64,000 nucleotides of DNA from the human T2T-CHM13v2.0 reference genome, Homo sapiens. The translations under genes were made by a program, and so were the position numbers. Shown here piece after piece: positions 1-19,944 of this stretch. A model generated the notes under the pieces. It worked only from the letters and a program-made list of their open reading frames with translations, did not search any database and was not told the DNA's origin. The stretch is from the NCBI RefSeq assembly GCF_009914755.1, contig NC_060932.1, one strand, 5' to 3'. How positions within the stretch are numbered: position 1 is the first letter of the stretch; the number at the start of each line of letters is the position of its first letter.

Positions 1-922
1 CGGACACATACACCCTCCCAAGACTGAACCAGGAAGAAATTGAATCCCTGAACGGACCGAAAACAAGTTCCTAAATTGAATCAGTAAAAAAATAGCCTAC
101 CAGCCAAAAAAAGCCCAGGTACAGGTAGACTCACAGCCAAATTCTATTGGATGTACAAAGAAGAGCTGATACCATTCCTACTGAAACTATTCCAAAGAAT
201 TGAGGAGGAGTGACACCTCACCAACTCATTCTATGGGGCCAGCATCATCCTGATACCAAAACCTGGCAGAGACGCAATAAAAAAGGAAAATGTCAGGCCA
301 ATATCCTTGATGAACATAAATACAAAAGTCCTCGATAAAATACTAGCAAATGAAATTCAGCAGCACATCAAAAAGCTAATTCACCACGATCAAGTAGGCT
401 TAATTCCTGGGATGCAAGGTTAGTTCAACAAATGCAAATCAATAAATGTGATTCATCACATAAACAAAACTAAAGACAAATACCACATAATTACCCGAAT
501 AGATGCCAAAAACTCTTTTGATAAAATTCAACATCCTTTCATGTTAAAAAGTCTCAATAAACTAGGTATTGAAGGAACATACCTCAAAATAATAAGAGCC
601 ATCTATGATAAACCCACAGCCAACATCATACTGAATTGGCAAAAGCTGGAAGCATTCCCTTTGAAAGCCGGTCCAAGACAAGGATGCCCTCTCTCACCAC
701 TCCTATTCAACGTAGTATTAGAAGTTCTGGCCAGAACTTCTAATCAGGCAATCAGGCAAGAGAAAGAAATAAAAGGCATTCGAATAGGAAGAGAGGAAGT
801 CAAACTATTCCTGTTTGCAGATCACAGAATTCTATATCTAGAATACTCCACAGTCTCTGCACAAAGGCACCTTCAGCTGATAAACAACTTCAGCAAAGTT
901 TCAGGATACAAAAATCAATGTA
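1..922 (+). mobile_element. LINE-1 ORF2 fragment (RT region), old L1PA (about L1PA13-15); continues upstream of window
   Basis: Translation has L1 ORF2 motifs ([31 protein letters not shown] from FADD). Ends abruptly at ...AAAATCAATGTA, joined to MaLR LTR sequence. Confidence 0.95.
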
Positions 923-1131
923 GATCTGGTTGTTTAGAAGCGTGTAGCACTTCCCTGTTTTCTTTTTCTCTCCTGCTGGCCATGTAAATATGTGCCTGTA
1001 AGTTTATGAGGCCTTCCCAGAAGCAGAAACCTGTACAGCCTGCAGAACCATGAGCTGATTAAATCTCTTTTCTTTGTAAATCACCCAGTCTCAAGTATGT
1101 CTTTATAGCAGTGCGAGAACTCACTAATACA
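922..1131 (+). mobile_element. 3' half of an MSTA/THE1-type MaLR LTR
   Basis: Starts AGATCTGGTTGTTT and ends GCAGTGCGAGAACTCACTAATACA; closely similar to the 3' half of the LTR at 6104-6487. Confidence 0.9.
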
Positions 1132-1136
1132 GCAAG

Positions 1137-1640
1137 CAGACAGAACTGGTTCTGGGGACAAAAAAACCTGCTGTGACTCAAATCTGCCAGTTACTATTTG
1201 TAACTTGGTTTCTTCACCTGTAAAATTGAGACAATATTCATATATATCCCAGGTTTCTTTTGAGAATTTCTTCATTGTATATTCTCATACAACTTAATAC
1301 TGCAAGTGTTTATTTATTCATTCATTTATTCAGCCAGACAGTATTCGGCACCTCCTACTAGCCAGATGCAGTACTGCCAGCTGTGGAGGACACAGTGCTG
1401 AAACACAGGCAGATGCCCCAGCTAAAGACACTTTCAGCCTAATAGTGACAGAAAGCATGAGCTCTGGAATCAGAAAGGCACAAGTCCAAATCCTGTTCTA
1501 CCATTTCTGGCATTTGAACTTGGGCAAGTTCCCTACCCTCCCAGCCTTGTTTTTTTATTTTCCATCTATAAAATGCCAATCACCCTTAGCCATATAAATG
1601 GTATTCTATGGTTTTTAAGTGGGATAATAAATATGAAGCC
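1137..1640. mobile_element. Degenerate MIR and L2 fragments
   Basis: MIR core-like words (ttcacctgtaaaattgagacaat; ttgggcaagtt; catctataaaatg) and an L2 3' end (attcattcatttattcagc). Confidence 0.55.
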
Positions 1641-3423
1641 TAATCAAGAATATATAGTTTTGTAGAGAATATATGTAAACAACTCTAAAGTCTATTCAGG
1701 AAGCATGAATATGTAAGAAAATGTCTACTATGACCTTATGGTGATAAATTTAAAAATCAGTGTATGTACAGCTAACCAAGTTAAGATTCATGGTAATTAT
1801 AAATGTACTTGAAACTCATAATTAAACAAACCCAGGAGAAATTAAGCATCATGAAACTCACCCTGAGTGATTAAGCTACAAACCCATCCAAAGTGCAATT
1901 TGGTGTTTCTATAATAATTTGACTCCATGGAACAGATTTTTAATTTGTTAAAGCACAGAGTAATTTGCATATGTCCTGCTAAAAAGCAGACCTCTAAAAC
2001 ATTCTTAATTAAATTCATTTTGTGATATATTTGAGAGTAAAAACACAATCCTTACCCATATAATTAACAGCTCTTCATGAAATACACAACAAAGCACTCT
2101 AGAAACAAATGCAGATACATAAGTGAAATAGAGGCTTAATGTTATGGTAAAATAATCAGCCTATATAAGGAAGTTTCTCATGTATTCAAAGAAAATTAAC
2201 TCTTCCAGACCAAGCAGGCAGTATAGAATGAATTTCATGGATTTCAGAGCCCAGGAGACCTGGTAATTTACATCATCTAATAGAGTAGTTGACTTAAAAA
2301 CTAGTTTACTTATTGAAAGAGTAATAGCATTTATAAAAAAGCATGGCTCAGTAGACTTAGTTTCAAAGGTAAGTTCTGATTAATTATATTTAAACATTTG
2401 CTGAAAAAGTAACACAAATTTATTTCTCTAAATTGCATCAGATTCTAATCCTGAAAGATAGGTATAATATTTCAGAGCTTTAAAAATTCTCAGACATGAC
2501 AGCCTTGGAGTTGCTTTGAACCTAATCTTGTTCTGGCAGCTGCCTGATTTGAAAATTGTTCTTTGCTCAATTTAACTTTGTTAAGTTGAAAAAAATTCTG
2601 AGAAAGTCTGATAATAAATTATCTTACTAAATATAAAAGCTTGATGTTCACTTAAATGTGTCTTAATTAATTCATTTATCAAATACTACCGAGAGCCTGC
2701 AATATACCAGGCATGTCTAAGGCCCTGGGGAACCGAAATCTAATAGGTAGCTACTCTGACCTGTCAGTCTAGTAGGTGAGTCAGTTACATGAACCACTAA
2801 TTGCAATACACTGTGATAATTTTTTTCGAAAGGATTCAGTGTTGACATGAAGAAGGGGATGACCAGCTCAGACAGTTAGGGTTAGGGTAGATTTTACCAA
2901 TTTTCTTGAGCTTGGTATGGTGGCTAAGAAGCGGGGCAGAGATGGACATTCCAAGAAGAGGCAACCACATGTTCCTAATCATGAAACCACCAAATACAAG
3001 AGTAAGTTCAGGTGACTGAATGAAATTTGCTGTGTCTGCAATGTTGTTTTCTGGAGTTGGAAGGAATTTGGGTTTTTATCCTTAGGACAAAAGGCAACTA
3101 CCGAATATATATAAGCAGGAGAATAACATTATCCAATTTTCATTTTGGCAGGATGTGTTTGGAAGCTATGGGAGGTGGTGGACCAAAGGGTGATCACAGT
3201 CTCATTTTAAAGCCTGAATATAACATTCTCCTAGATGTTGTGTGATGGTCACAATCCCCTTATTTTTCTTTAGGATCGGATATTGTGACATGACCCCTTC
3301 TCTTCGAGTCTGCCCCTCCCCTATTTTCTTTGGGGACTTTGCCACATTAATTATCTCAAAGAAGTATTTTAAACTCAATGTTTCCAATTTCTATTCACTA
3401 TTAAAATTTTCAAAATAGTTTAA

Positions 3424-3796
<373 letters not shown>

Positions 3797-4005
3797 TAAC
3801 TGTCTTTGACTCAAAATTTTTGGGATGAAAAATGCACAGTTACAGCTAAAACATCCCTTTTCTACCTTTTCCTCTTCCTCTCCAGAGGTAACCACTGTCC
3901 TGAAGTTGATATGTGTTCCTTATATGTACATTTTTACTTCTCTACATAAATACACACCTGCCAATTTTACTAACATTTTCTATGGTCACTTACTAATGCC
4001 AATGA

Positions 4006-6046
<2,041 letters not shown>

Positions 6047-6103
6047 CCTCTCCAAGCTGTGCTTTGTGATGCTTTCCTGTAGTGCAGGAAAATGAACTTC
6101 AGG

Positions 6104-8599
<2,496 letters not shown>

Positions 8600-8959
8600 T
8601 ATTTGATGCAAAAAGAACGTTTATTATTATTATGCCCTTTCTCAGGTCTCAAGGTCTCCTGCTAGTCTGCCTTCTTCTTTCCATTTTGTTAGCCTTCTTA
8701 TATCTATGTATAATGTGCAGGATTTTAAGTTGTAGTTAGCAGGAGGAATAAGGAAAAGTATGTCCATTCCATTTTCTTGGAAGCAGCATTCACTAATTTT
8801 GTTTTATCATTATGCAAAAAAATTTCTATGTTTCTGAAGTCAAATATTCAAAGTAAATTGTATTCAACTAAGACTACCCTGTATTCCTGTTGCCTCCACC
8901 TTGTCACCTCTTCTCCTTTAGATAATGTTTTTTTTTTCCTTCAGTTTCTGGTTTATATA

Positions 8960-8962
<3 letters not shown>

Positions 8963-9000
<38 letters not shown>
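8963..9000. repeat. (GT)n microsatellite
   Basis: About 19 uninterrupted GT units. Confidence 0.95.
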
Positions 9001-9002
<2 letters not shown>

Positions 9003-9844
9003 TCTCCCACTTTCTAGAAAATGATAGACTACTATATGCACTTCTCTACACCTTGCTTTTCTTCACTTAATAGGCTGTGGGGTGACTTTATGGTATTTAT
9101 AGGGATATTCCTCCTTCCTTTCACAGCTGCATAGTACTCCTTTGTGTGGATGTGTATAATTTATTCAAGCACTCTTCTATTGATGGACTTTTGAGTTGTT
9201 TGCTGTCTTTTGCCAGTTGGGCACTTTTCCAATGTCAATAAATTTATTTAAAAAGTAAACGATATCACTAGCATAAAATGGAAAATAAATATTTCTTACT
9301 ATGTAAATAAAGTAAATGTAAAATTGCATGGAATGAAAACAGAACATTTAAATTAAATTCTCACCTATTACTCTTGCCTATTAATACTCTGGCCTTATAA
9401 TACAGCTGAATCTTTCTTTGTTAAAAAAGTGACATGAACAGGCGATTCTGTTAAAAATGACTGGAGACTTTCTTTTTGGTGTGATCATAAGAATTTAAAG
9501 ATCATTGAAATGAAAATAGCTCTTGAAGACTGAAATGCATGTTACTAATGTCTTGTCTTTGTACTACTAACATTGAAGTTGTATGTCACTAGTGGTATGA
9601 GATTTCCTTATTGGGGGCTCTATTCTTTTGCCAAAAGAGTGTATAAAATAATATGTGATGTGTACTGAGTTCTAACTCTGTTCTTGGGGAGCTAGTATAC
9701 TATCTCATATAATGCTCCCAACAATCTCATAAGGTAGGAACTTCTACTATTCACATTTAACCAATGGGGAAACAAAGCCTTATTGCTCTAGATCCCATAA
9801 CTCTTAAGTGGGGGTTTGGATCTTGATTAGAGTCAGATCCAAAT

Positions 9845-12800
9845 ACTGCAGAAGCTGGCAACCTAGAAATTCCAGTGGAAACAGACAAAAAACTTCTCCA
9901 ACAAGAGCCTGGTTTTCAACTCAAAGGACCAGGAAAGGGACAGCCTGGCAAGAGAGAAAATATATTTGACAATAACCACTCTATTCCAGCCCAACACTAC
10001 AGAAAACAGCCCCACTCACACCCACCAGCAAAAGCCAACTGGAGACCTAGACCTGTACCATGCTGCAATGAAGCACACATCTCCCCTTCCTCCAGGGAGG
10101 TGTTAGGGAAGGATGAATCAGGAAATGGGACTTTTGTCCCTGCTGCCTTCCCCATCCCGTAGTACCAGTGGAAACCACATGGGGAGCCTGGACTCCAACC
10201 CACACCAGTAGCAATGAGGTTCCCCACACTCTCCAGGTTGGAGTGGGATCAGAGAAGGTTCACTGGAGAGTCAAGACTTTTCATCCCTGCTCAACGGTAA
10301 AGAACACTGCCCACCCACCACCACGGTATTAGTGGCGACCACATGGGGAGATGTATCAAGATGCCCCTCTTCCTCTCAGACACGGTGTTATCAAAAGAGA
10401 TCCAGTGGGGAGCTTGAACCTTCAGCCCCACCCAGCAATGGCAAGGATCCCCTTCTTCCCAGATGTCAACAGTGTCTGACTGGGGAACATGGACTTTTAC
10501 CATCATTTGGCAATAACAGGACAGTGCCCCCTCCCTTAAACATGGAGCAGTGTTACAGAGACCTAAAACACAAGATTTCAGTAAGATTCAGAATCTTATA
10601 ATACCCAACATTTCCAGGTCTTAACTGAAAATCACTCATCCTACCAAGAACCAGCTATTTCTTCAACTGAATTTAAAAAGACAATCAAAAGAGGAAAACA
10701 CTAAGATGACATAAGACTTTAGAATTATGTGACAAGGATTTTAAAACAAACATCATAAAAGTGCTTCAAGAGCATATATAAAATCACTTAAATGAGAAAA
10801 TATTAAGTCTCAGCAAAGAAATAGAAGATATAAATAAGAACCAAATGGACATTTTAGAATCAAAAATTATAATAACCAAAATACAAAAAAAAAACTCAAA
10901 GAGGAGACTCAACAGCAGACTGGAAAAGACAGAGGAAATAATTAATTAACTGGAAGAAAGAACAATAGAAATTAACCAATCTTAACGACAGAGAGAAAAT
11001 AGACTGAAAAAAATGAACAGAGCTTCAAGGACATGTGTGGCTATAGTAAAAGATCTAATACTTTTGTCATGGAAGAGTCAGAAGAAGAAGAGAAAGAAGG
11101 TGAGGCTGAAAAGGTGCTCAAAGGAGTAATGGCTGAAATTTCCCCAAACTTGGCAGAAGACATAAACCACCATAGTAAATAATTGAAATCCAAATGGGAG
11201 AAATGCTTTCCCCACATGATCAGGAAAGAGGCAAGGATGTCCACTGTAACCACTGCTATTCAAAATATTGCAAGTTCTAGCCAGACCAATAATGTAAGAA
11301 AAGGAAATAAAAGTTACACAGATTGGGAAGGAAGAAATAAACTGCCCCTATTTGCAGATGACATAGTGGTCTACATAGGGAATCCCAAGGAATCTACAAA
11401 AAAATGCCATATAGAACTCATAAGTGAGTTCTGCAAGGTTATGAAATATAAGATCAATATACAGAAGACATTTGTATTTCTCTGCATCAGCAACAAACAT
11501 GTGAAACCAAAAGTAAAAGCACAATACCATTTATAATAGCTCAAGAAAAATAAAATGTAATAAAACACATTCAGAACTGTTATGCTGAAAACTAAAAGAG
11601 AAGATAAAAGAGAAGATCTAAATAAATGGAGAGGATACCATATTGACTGTGTAACTTAAAGACATCGATTCTCTCCAATATGAAATACTAGTTTAACACA
11701 ATATCTGTCAAAATAACTAGCAAGATTTTTATGGAGATATAGACAAGATTATACTAAAAAAATATTTTTTTTGAGACATGGTTTCACACTCACCATGCCC
11801 AGGCTGGAGTGCAATGGTGCAATCTCAGCTCACCGCAGCCTCAACCTCCCAAACCCAAATGATTCTCTCACTTCAGCCTGCCAAGTAGCTGAGACTACAG
11901 GCTTGCACCACCATGCCTGGCTAATCTTTTGGGTGTTTTTGTTTTTTTTTTTTGAGAGATGGGTTTTGCCGTGTTGCCAGTCTGGTCTTGAACTTTCAAG
12001 CTTAAGCAATCTGCCTGCCTCAGCCTCCCAAAGTGCTAGATTACAGGTGTGCACCACCATGCTGGACCTATTCTAAAATTTATATAGCAAAGCAAATTAA
12101 CTAGAAGAGCTTAAACAATTCTGAAAAAAGAAAAGTGAGTAGTCACTCTCCTTGACTTAAAGACTTATGTAGTCACAGCAATCAAACAGTGGGCTGTTGG
12201 CTGAGGATCATTTGATCCACAAAGATTAATGGAACTGAACAGAAAACTCAGAAATACAGCCATGCAATATAACCAACTGATTTTTTACAAAGGCATAAAA
12301 GCAGTTTAATGAAGGAAGGATAGGGTTTTTCAACACATAGAGTCACAGTAGTTAGACATCCATAGGTTAAAAAATGAACCTCAACCTGCACTTCACACCT
12401 TCTCCAAAAATTAACTCAAAATTAATCATAAATTTAAGTGTAAAATGTAAAACCATAAAAAATATTAGAAGATAACATAGGAGAACATCTTTAGGACCTA
12501 GGCTTTTGTTGAGCATTCTTAGACATGAAACCAAAAGCATAATCCCTAAAAAAAAAACTAAATAAATTAGACTTGAAATGAAAACTCTTTGCTCTGAGAA
12601 AGATCCTGTAAGAGGATGAAAAGGAGAAAATATTTTCAAGCTACATCTATGACAAAGAGCTCATATCTAGAACTCTCAAAGCTCATCAACAACAACAAAA
12701 CACACAATCCAATTAGAAAATGGGCAAAAGACATAAATAGGTACCTCACCAAAGATAATATGCAGATGGCAAATAAGCATCTGAAAACATGTTCAGTGTC

Positions 12801-13670
12801 AGTAGCCATTAGGGAAATGCAAATTAAGACACAATGAGATATCACTATATACTTCTTAGAACAGTTCAGCAAAAAGTAGTGACAACATCAAATGCTGATG
12901 AGGATGCAGAAAAATTGGATCTCTCATACATTGCTAGTAGGAATTTAAAATGCTACAGCCACTCTGGAAAAGTTTGGTAGGCTTCTTAAAACTAAACATG
13001 CACTTAGCATTCAATCCAGCAATTGCACTATTGAGTGTTTATCCCAGAGAAATGTAAACTCATGTCCACACAGAAGCCTGCACACCATTGTTTATAGGTC
13101 CTTTATTCATATAGTCCAAAACTGGAAATAGCCAAAATGACCCTCAGTAGGTGAATGCTTAAACAAACTGGAGTGCTTTCATATCATGGAATAACACTCA
13201 GAAATAGAAAGAAACCAACTATTGATACACACAACTTGAATGTATTTCAAGGACATTATCCTGTTTTTTAAGGCCAATCCAAAATATCATGAGGTATAAT
13301 TCCATTTATATAACATTCTCAAAATGAACAAAATTATAGAGATGGAAAACAGATTAATGGTTGTCAGAGTTAGGCATGGTAGTGGGAGGACGTGGGCCTA
13401 ATTATAAAGGAGTAGCATTAGGGAGATCTTTCTGGATGGAATAGTTCTGTATCTTGATTGTGATGTTGATTACACAAATCTATCCATGAGACAAAATAAC
13501 AAAAAACTATACACACACGTTTTATCAACGTCAAACCTCTGACTTTGATATTGTCCAAAAATAATGTAAAGTGAAACTGGATAAAGAGTACTTATGACAT
13601 CTCTATGCTATTTTTGTGAATTTCTGTGAATCTATGATTATTTCAAAATAAAAAGTTAAAAATACAAAAT
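9845..13670 (+). mobile_element. Old LINE-1 (L1MD-like): 5'UTR, partial ORF1, large internal deletion near 11170, ORF2 3' part and 3'UTR
   Basis: ORF remnants LPLFADDIVVYIGNPKES and [12 protein letters not shown]; 3' end GAATCTATGATTATTTCAAAATAAAAAGTT. Confidence 0.85.
11765..12068 (-). mobile_element. AluJ
   Basis: Diverged dimeric Alu antisense within the L1. Confidence 0.9.
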
Positions 13671-15113
13671 TAAAGGGAAAAGAAAATTCCTAAAACCCTA
13701 CAGCAAAATGAAATAAGTGAACCTAACTGCATGTCAAATTGGTGGCACAACCACATGTAGAGATTCTCTCAAGAGACTTCATAACCAGTAATTTGATCAC
13801 ATACCCTTAGAGAGATATATCCTAAAGATAAAAATATTGTCCAAAAGTAAATCTTCAACTTTCTTCAATAATCATATGTTTGGTGATAGTGTTAATTTTC
13901 TGAGAAAGTTGTTCTATATGTATTATGGAAAAAAGCAAATGCACTGTTGTATTAACGTCATTGGTAATTGATATTTTCAGAATGAGAGAAGAGAAATAGA
14001 CATTTAAGATCAATAAGGCTGAATGAAAACCTGTAGTTCCAAATTTCAGTTGGAAATATTGGTATAAACTAGATATACTTTATCATTGACATTATGTCCA
14101 ATAAAAAGTATAGAAACAATGAACAAGCCAATAGCAGTGATCAACTCTAGAATACAGAATATGCTTCCTAAATACCTTTTCCCACACTAAGGAACCAAGG
14201 CTCCTTGTAGAAGTGGAGCATAGTAACATACATCATCATAAATATATATCTTCATATACGTGATAAATATAAATATACATGGTGAAGCTGAAATATCTTT
14301 ACACCAGAGGCAAGAAAACTATCAAGGACTATTGGGGTCATGTCAAAAGGATTCAGAAGTGGCTCTGAATGGCCAAAAATAGAGCAATTTGAGCCATTGA
14401 TGATAATGATGATTGCAATGGATTGAAACACATCAAAAATCTTTAGATCTATGAAATTGATAATGATAATAATAAAAATTCATGGGTCATCTTTGGTGGA
14501 TGCTAAGAAAGCAACTCATTATTTTTTAAAAGTGGTAAATTTGAAAAAGGGATTATCCATTTATTTGCCTTTCCTATATAATTTTACCTCAGGTCATCAA
14601 ATAATTGATCAAAGGAAGTTTTTTTAATAGACTTGCTCTAGCTATTAATGAAGAAAGAATGACAGAATTAGAATATCACCATTTTGCACCCCTTAATGGA
14701 ATAATGAAGCAAGGTAATGATTGTCAATGAGCATCGCAATAAAAGAGACAACCAGATGAAATAACATAACACCGCCTGGGAAATATTCTTGGGTGAAGTA
14801 CTTCTGAATTATTACAAGTGTAAGGGACTGAAAAGGGTCTTTACTTTAGAATGTAATCAGCAAAATTCAGATTGAAGGAATCACTACAAGACAAATTCAT
14901 CATTTATTAGCAACAAATAAATTGTGAGGAAAAAAGTAAGAATGTATGGAATAAAGAAATTTATGAGACATATGAACCAATTGCAATGTATAGACATTTT
15001 GAAATTTGGATTCAATCTGTGGAGACTATGAGACTATTTGCACATTGACTGAATATTTGATATTACAGAACATTACAAAATTGCTACAATTTTTAATGTA
15101 ATAATGCTAGCAT

Positions 15114-15951
15114 TGTTGCAGGACAGGCAACCTCAAAAATTCCAGGCTTAGCCCAAAAAGGTTCTTGGTTTTGTCTAGGAAAGGACCAGGCACAGTGGTT
15201 TATGCCTATAATCCCAGCACTTTGGGAGGCTGAGGTGGGTGGATCGCCTGAGATCAGGAGTTTGAGACCAACCTGGCCAATATGGTGAAAGCCTGTCTCT
15301 ACTAAAAATACAAAACTTGGCTGGGCATGGTGGCGGGTGCCTGTAATCCCAGCTACTCAAGAGGCTGAGGCAGGAGAATTGCTTGAACAGGGAGGCAGAG
15401 GTTGCAGTGAGCCGAGATTGTGCCACTGAGCTCCAGCCTGGGCAACAGAGCAAGACTCTAGTCTCAAAAAAAAAAAAAAAAAAAAAGTCAAGAGCAAGCC
15501 AGTCGTGTAAGACAGTAATCTTTGAGGAAGGGTACTGCTCTTTATGGAGCATGGCTACCTCACCACCGGCAGTGCACCAGGGTTGGCAAGGTCTGGGTTC
15601 TCAGCAACTACATTTATAATCAGACTCACTTTCAATTACATGCAAACTAAGTGGTGGGTGAATGCAAATAACTGAGTGGGTTATTTAGAATTTTCTAGGA
15701 AAGAGGCAATAACTTCCACGTTACTGCCATGGAAAGGGTGGTAACTTCCGGGCTGTTGCCATGACGTTTGTAAACTGTCATGGCCTGGTGGGAGTGCCTT
15801 ATGTCAATGAGCAATGAAAGCTGCTAGGGATCACTTTTGTTGCCTTTTGCTGTTTTCTGCGGGTTTCTTCACTTTATCCTGTCTGGACCATATCCTGTTT
15901 TGGTCAGCAGGGTTGTGACCAGAAAACAAGTACTGCCCGTCTCCTACCTCA
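15114..15951 (-). mobile_element. ERV1 MER4-group solo LTR (MER66-like)
   Basis: TG...CA termini (minus strand begins TGAGGTAGGAGACGGGCAG); approximate 4-bp TSD GCAT/GTAT. Confidence 0.75.
15184..15486 (+). mobile_element. AluS inserted in the LTR
   Basis: Dimeric Alu with poly-A. Confidence 0.95.
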
Positions 15952-15963
15952 GTATAGTTATGA

Positions 15964-16304
<341 letters not shown>

Positions 16305-19300
16305 TACATACTTTTATTTATTTATGGATGAAATGATAGGATGTCTGGGATTTACTTCAAAAAATGCAGAGGAAAGAGGGTATGGGGAGAGAAGAAACAG
16401 GATTGACCTCAAGTTATTGATTGTTGAAGTTTGCTCTTGATACATGAGGGTTTATTATGCTAATTTTTCTACTTTTATATGTATTTTTAAATTTTCCATG
16501 ATAAAAACATTAAAAATAGCTTGAGTTCACTTTAAAACTATCTGCTAACAATAACACACATGGTACCTAATTATAGCAAATATCATGAAGGTGAGTTTGA
16601 CACAACAGGTTTGGGAAACAGCTATAAACACAGTCACAATATTACACTATGTTTATTGAACACTGTTTAACCACTAAGGCAATTTTGAGGCAGAATTATT
16701 GTCTTTGATCTGATTTATATTTACATAGTCACCATTCTTCCCAAGAGCTCATCCCATCAACCGTTTCCAGATTCCCAAAAGGTAGGTAGACAATCTCATC
16801 TCCATCCATGATAACTTAAAATTTCAGGCTCCATTAAGTTGCTGCTTTAAAATGCAGCCAGTGACTATGTGCCCCAGACTTCTCATGAATCTGTGGACCA
16901 TGGAAGATGTTGACTGATGAGACTGCTGAGGGTCTCAGCCCTAACCCGAGGCTCAGGAAATAGTGGCAGTGATTCAGCAGGATGACTGGGCCAACATGGA
17001 AACAATAGCAAACGGTATATCTTATTTTTGCATCTGTCAACATCTTTCAGAACTCAGGTCATGTGCCAGGGTGTTTAGCTCAGCTTGACTCTAGACAAAA
17101 CAGAGTCCTACTAATCTCATTCATTACTTTCCAGCTCAGTTTACCCCTTACCCCACACCACTATCACCTATTTTTCAAAGACAACAAAATTACCTGCACC
17201 TTCGCATAATTGTCACAGTGTTTCCAAAGATGCATCCACTTCTAGAGTCCACGTTTTCTCCAAATGCAGGCAAGCTTACTGCAGGATAGGTTGTTGATAA
17301 ACTTTGGAGCCAGTCTAAGGTTATATTTAATTAATATTAATGTGATAGATACCTTGCTCATGTAGAGCACTTCATAATTTTCAAAGGACTTGTTCATTGA
17401 ATAAGTTATATCAAATATGATTGCTACTCTTATTATGGTATACATACACACACAGAAATATGTAAGTAATACACACTATTCTTTAAAATATAAACTGGAC
17501 ACTTGCTCTTCTACTATGCAGAAGAGTTTAAACAACCATCTTATGCACTGTAATTCATTTATCTACCACATCATTAATTCAGCATGTACTCTATGCCAGA
17601 GGAAACAGCGGTGCATAGATTTACAAAGTCCTTACTCTTGTACCTCATGTATTTTGGTAATAAGAATAGAAACAATTATGTTAAACTCTATATTGGTAAA
17701 ATACAATTTGATAACCTAATAAGTATGATGCTTAGTTCACAAACTAAAGTGTATGATAAATATTACACCATTATTTTACAATAAATGCAATTAATTTCTA
17801 TTTTGAGTCCCTACTCCCACCAAACAAGCAAAAGAAATTAACCTCAGTCATGTGGGGAGTTTTTTTTCCATCCTTCTGCAGGCTCATGTCCTAAAAGAAT
17901 CTTTTAAGTCCAGGAAAACCCTTCCCCCTTCATATTTTTACCTCAGCCACTTGTCTATACCATGGAACTCTCTCCAACATGTTTACTTCTTTTGCAGGCC
18001 CTCCACATTCACATCAAGAGTTATGGTTTTGGAAAATAAAAGGCATAGGATCTTACAGGTTATTTCTGATTTTCACTTTACCAAATAACTTCCCTCAGGC
18101 AACAAAGTACAGAGCTGGCTGCACACTTAACCCTAGAGAAACGGATAAGAAAATAGTTGGAGAAAAAAATAGTATGCAAAACAGTATCCTCGCATGTTCT
18201 CCAACTAGTAAATCTTTGATTCTTCACTAAGAAAAAATTACTTCTAATACAGATCTCTTCCCCAATTGAAGGACTCTGACTACGATGTTTTAGCCTAAGA
18301 ATTACCCTGTCTTTATTTAAAATGTTGTATTTTGAAGATCATGGGCTTTTTTGGCATTGACTTATTTTAAACTTCGCATTGAAACAGGATTTGTCTTGAT
18401 GCCTTAGTTCTGTCTGCTCTGTCTCCAGTTGTCCAGGGCAATGTTCAGACTTTTCTGTCCTATGGAAATAGAGTCCAGGAAGAAGCTCAGAGCCAACACC
18501 AGTTAGCTGTGGATGACAATTTATTTTCACCTCTGGTAAACAGCTAACTCTCCAATTAACTTCATCCAGAAAGTGTGTTTTTCCCCAACTAAGTTAACAG
18601 GACTTTCTGACAAGCAGTAACAGTGTTAGCACCTCTCAATTACACTGTTCAGGATCACTGCTCCTTGAAGTTTACATCTTAAAAGGCTCAGGGGAAAAAA
18701 ATTATTCAAAAGGCAGTTAGCCCATCAAATGTGTTCAAGCTCAAGAGTTCACTGCATTTTAATTATTCAGGCAACCACTTTTCATGTAAAAGCTTTGAAA
18801 ACTTAGAAAATAAGCAAGGAAAGGGAATGTGTAACATTGTGCCAAGATTTTTTTAATTTTTAATTATATTTTTATAGAAGGCATTTTTTAAACTGTATAT
18901 TTCAAAGAAGAAATAATCTTAATGAAGCAAAGCTCTTTTTCCTAAAAGAGACTTTCAGAAGAACATTCTTATAACTATAAATCCCTCTTCAGGGTTAGAA
19001 ATATCCACAGCAGCAATAACATGTGGCTGCACAATAAAATCAGGTTCAGAAATACAAGAAATAAGGCCGTGTTTAAGTTCAGAGATATTAGGTGATCAAT
19101 CAAGACACCATGACATCATGTATTTTAAAATGCATTCCTTGCCTTGTCTAGGAAGGATTTATGATAACCTAAAAGGGCACACAAAATCCAACCAGATAAT
19201 ACAAGTCAAAACAGGAGACAAAAAGGGAAAGGAAAACAACTTTCCAGACATAAAAGGAGCCAAGGAGGAAGCTAAAATGTGTCCCCAGAACACCTAATCA

Positions 19301-19651
19301 TGAACAGAACCACGTCTAATATACTCTGGCCTCATCATTGGCAGAAATGTTGAAATAGATACTGAAAGGGAAATTTAGAAAGACCCTCAGGGGTTATCTG
19401 TTACTAAATCCTTGAGTTGTAGAAATGGAAACCCAGAGACAAGCACAGTCTCCCCAGCTGGGTAGAAAGTTGGTCTTCTTTCCGTCTAGCTTCACGTTCT
19501 TTCTACTTTTGTTGCTTTAACCCCAGATCTCATCTCTCCTTTTCCTTTTGGGTGAATCCTCAATGGATAACCAGTGCGGAGAAACAAGAAGATGGAGACT
19601 TAGAGACAATATACTGATAGGTATTGACAGAAGCTGATTAATAATAAATCA

Positions 19652-19944
19652 GGCCAGGCATGGTGGCTCACACCTGTAATCCCAGCACTTTGGGAGGCTG
19701 AGGCAGGTGAATCACCTAAGGTCAGGAGATCGAGACCAGCCTGGCCAACATGGCAAAACCACGTCTCTACTAAAAATACAAAAGTTAGCCGGGTGTGGTG
19801 GCGGGCACCTGTTATCCCAGCTGCTCAGGAGGCTGAGGCAGGGAATCGTTTGAACCTGGGAGGCGGAGGTTATAGTGAGCCAAGATCACACCACTGCACT
19901 CCACCTTCAGCAATAAGAGCAAAACTCCATCTCAAAAACAAAAA
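19652..19944 (+). mobile_element. AluS (Sq/Sp-like)
   Basis: Dimeric Alu ending AAGAGCAAAACTCCATCTC-A tail. Confidence 0.93.
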
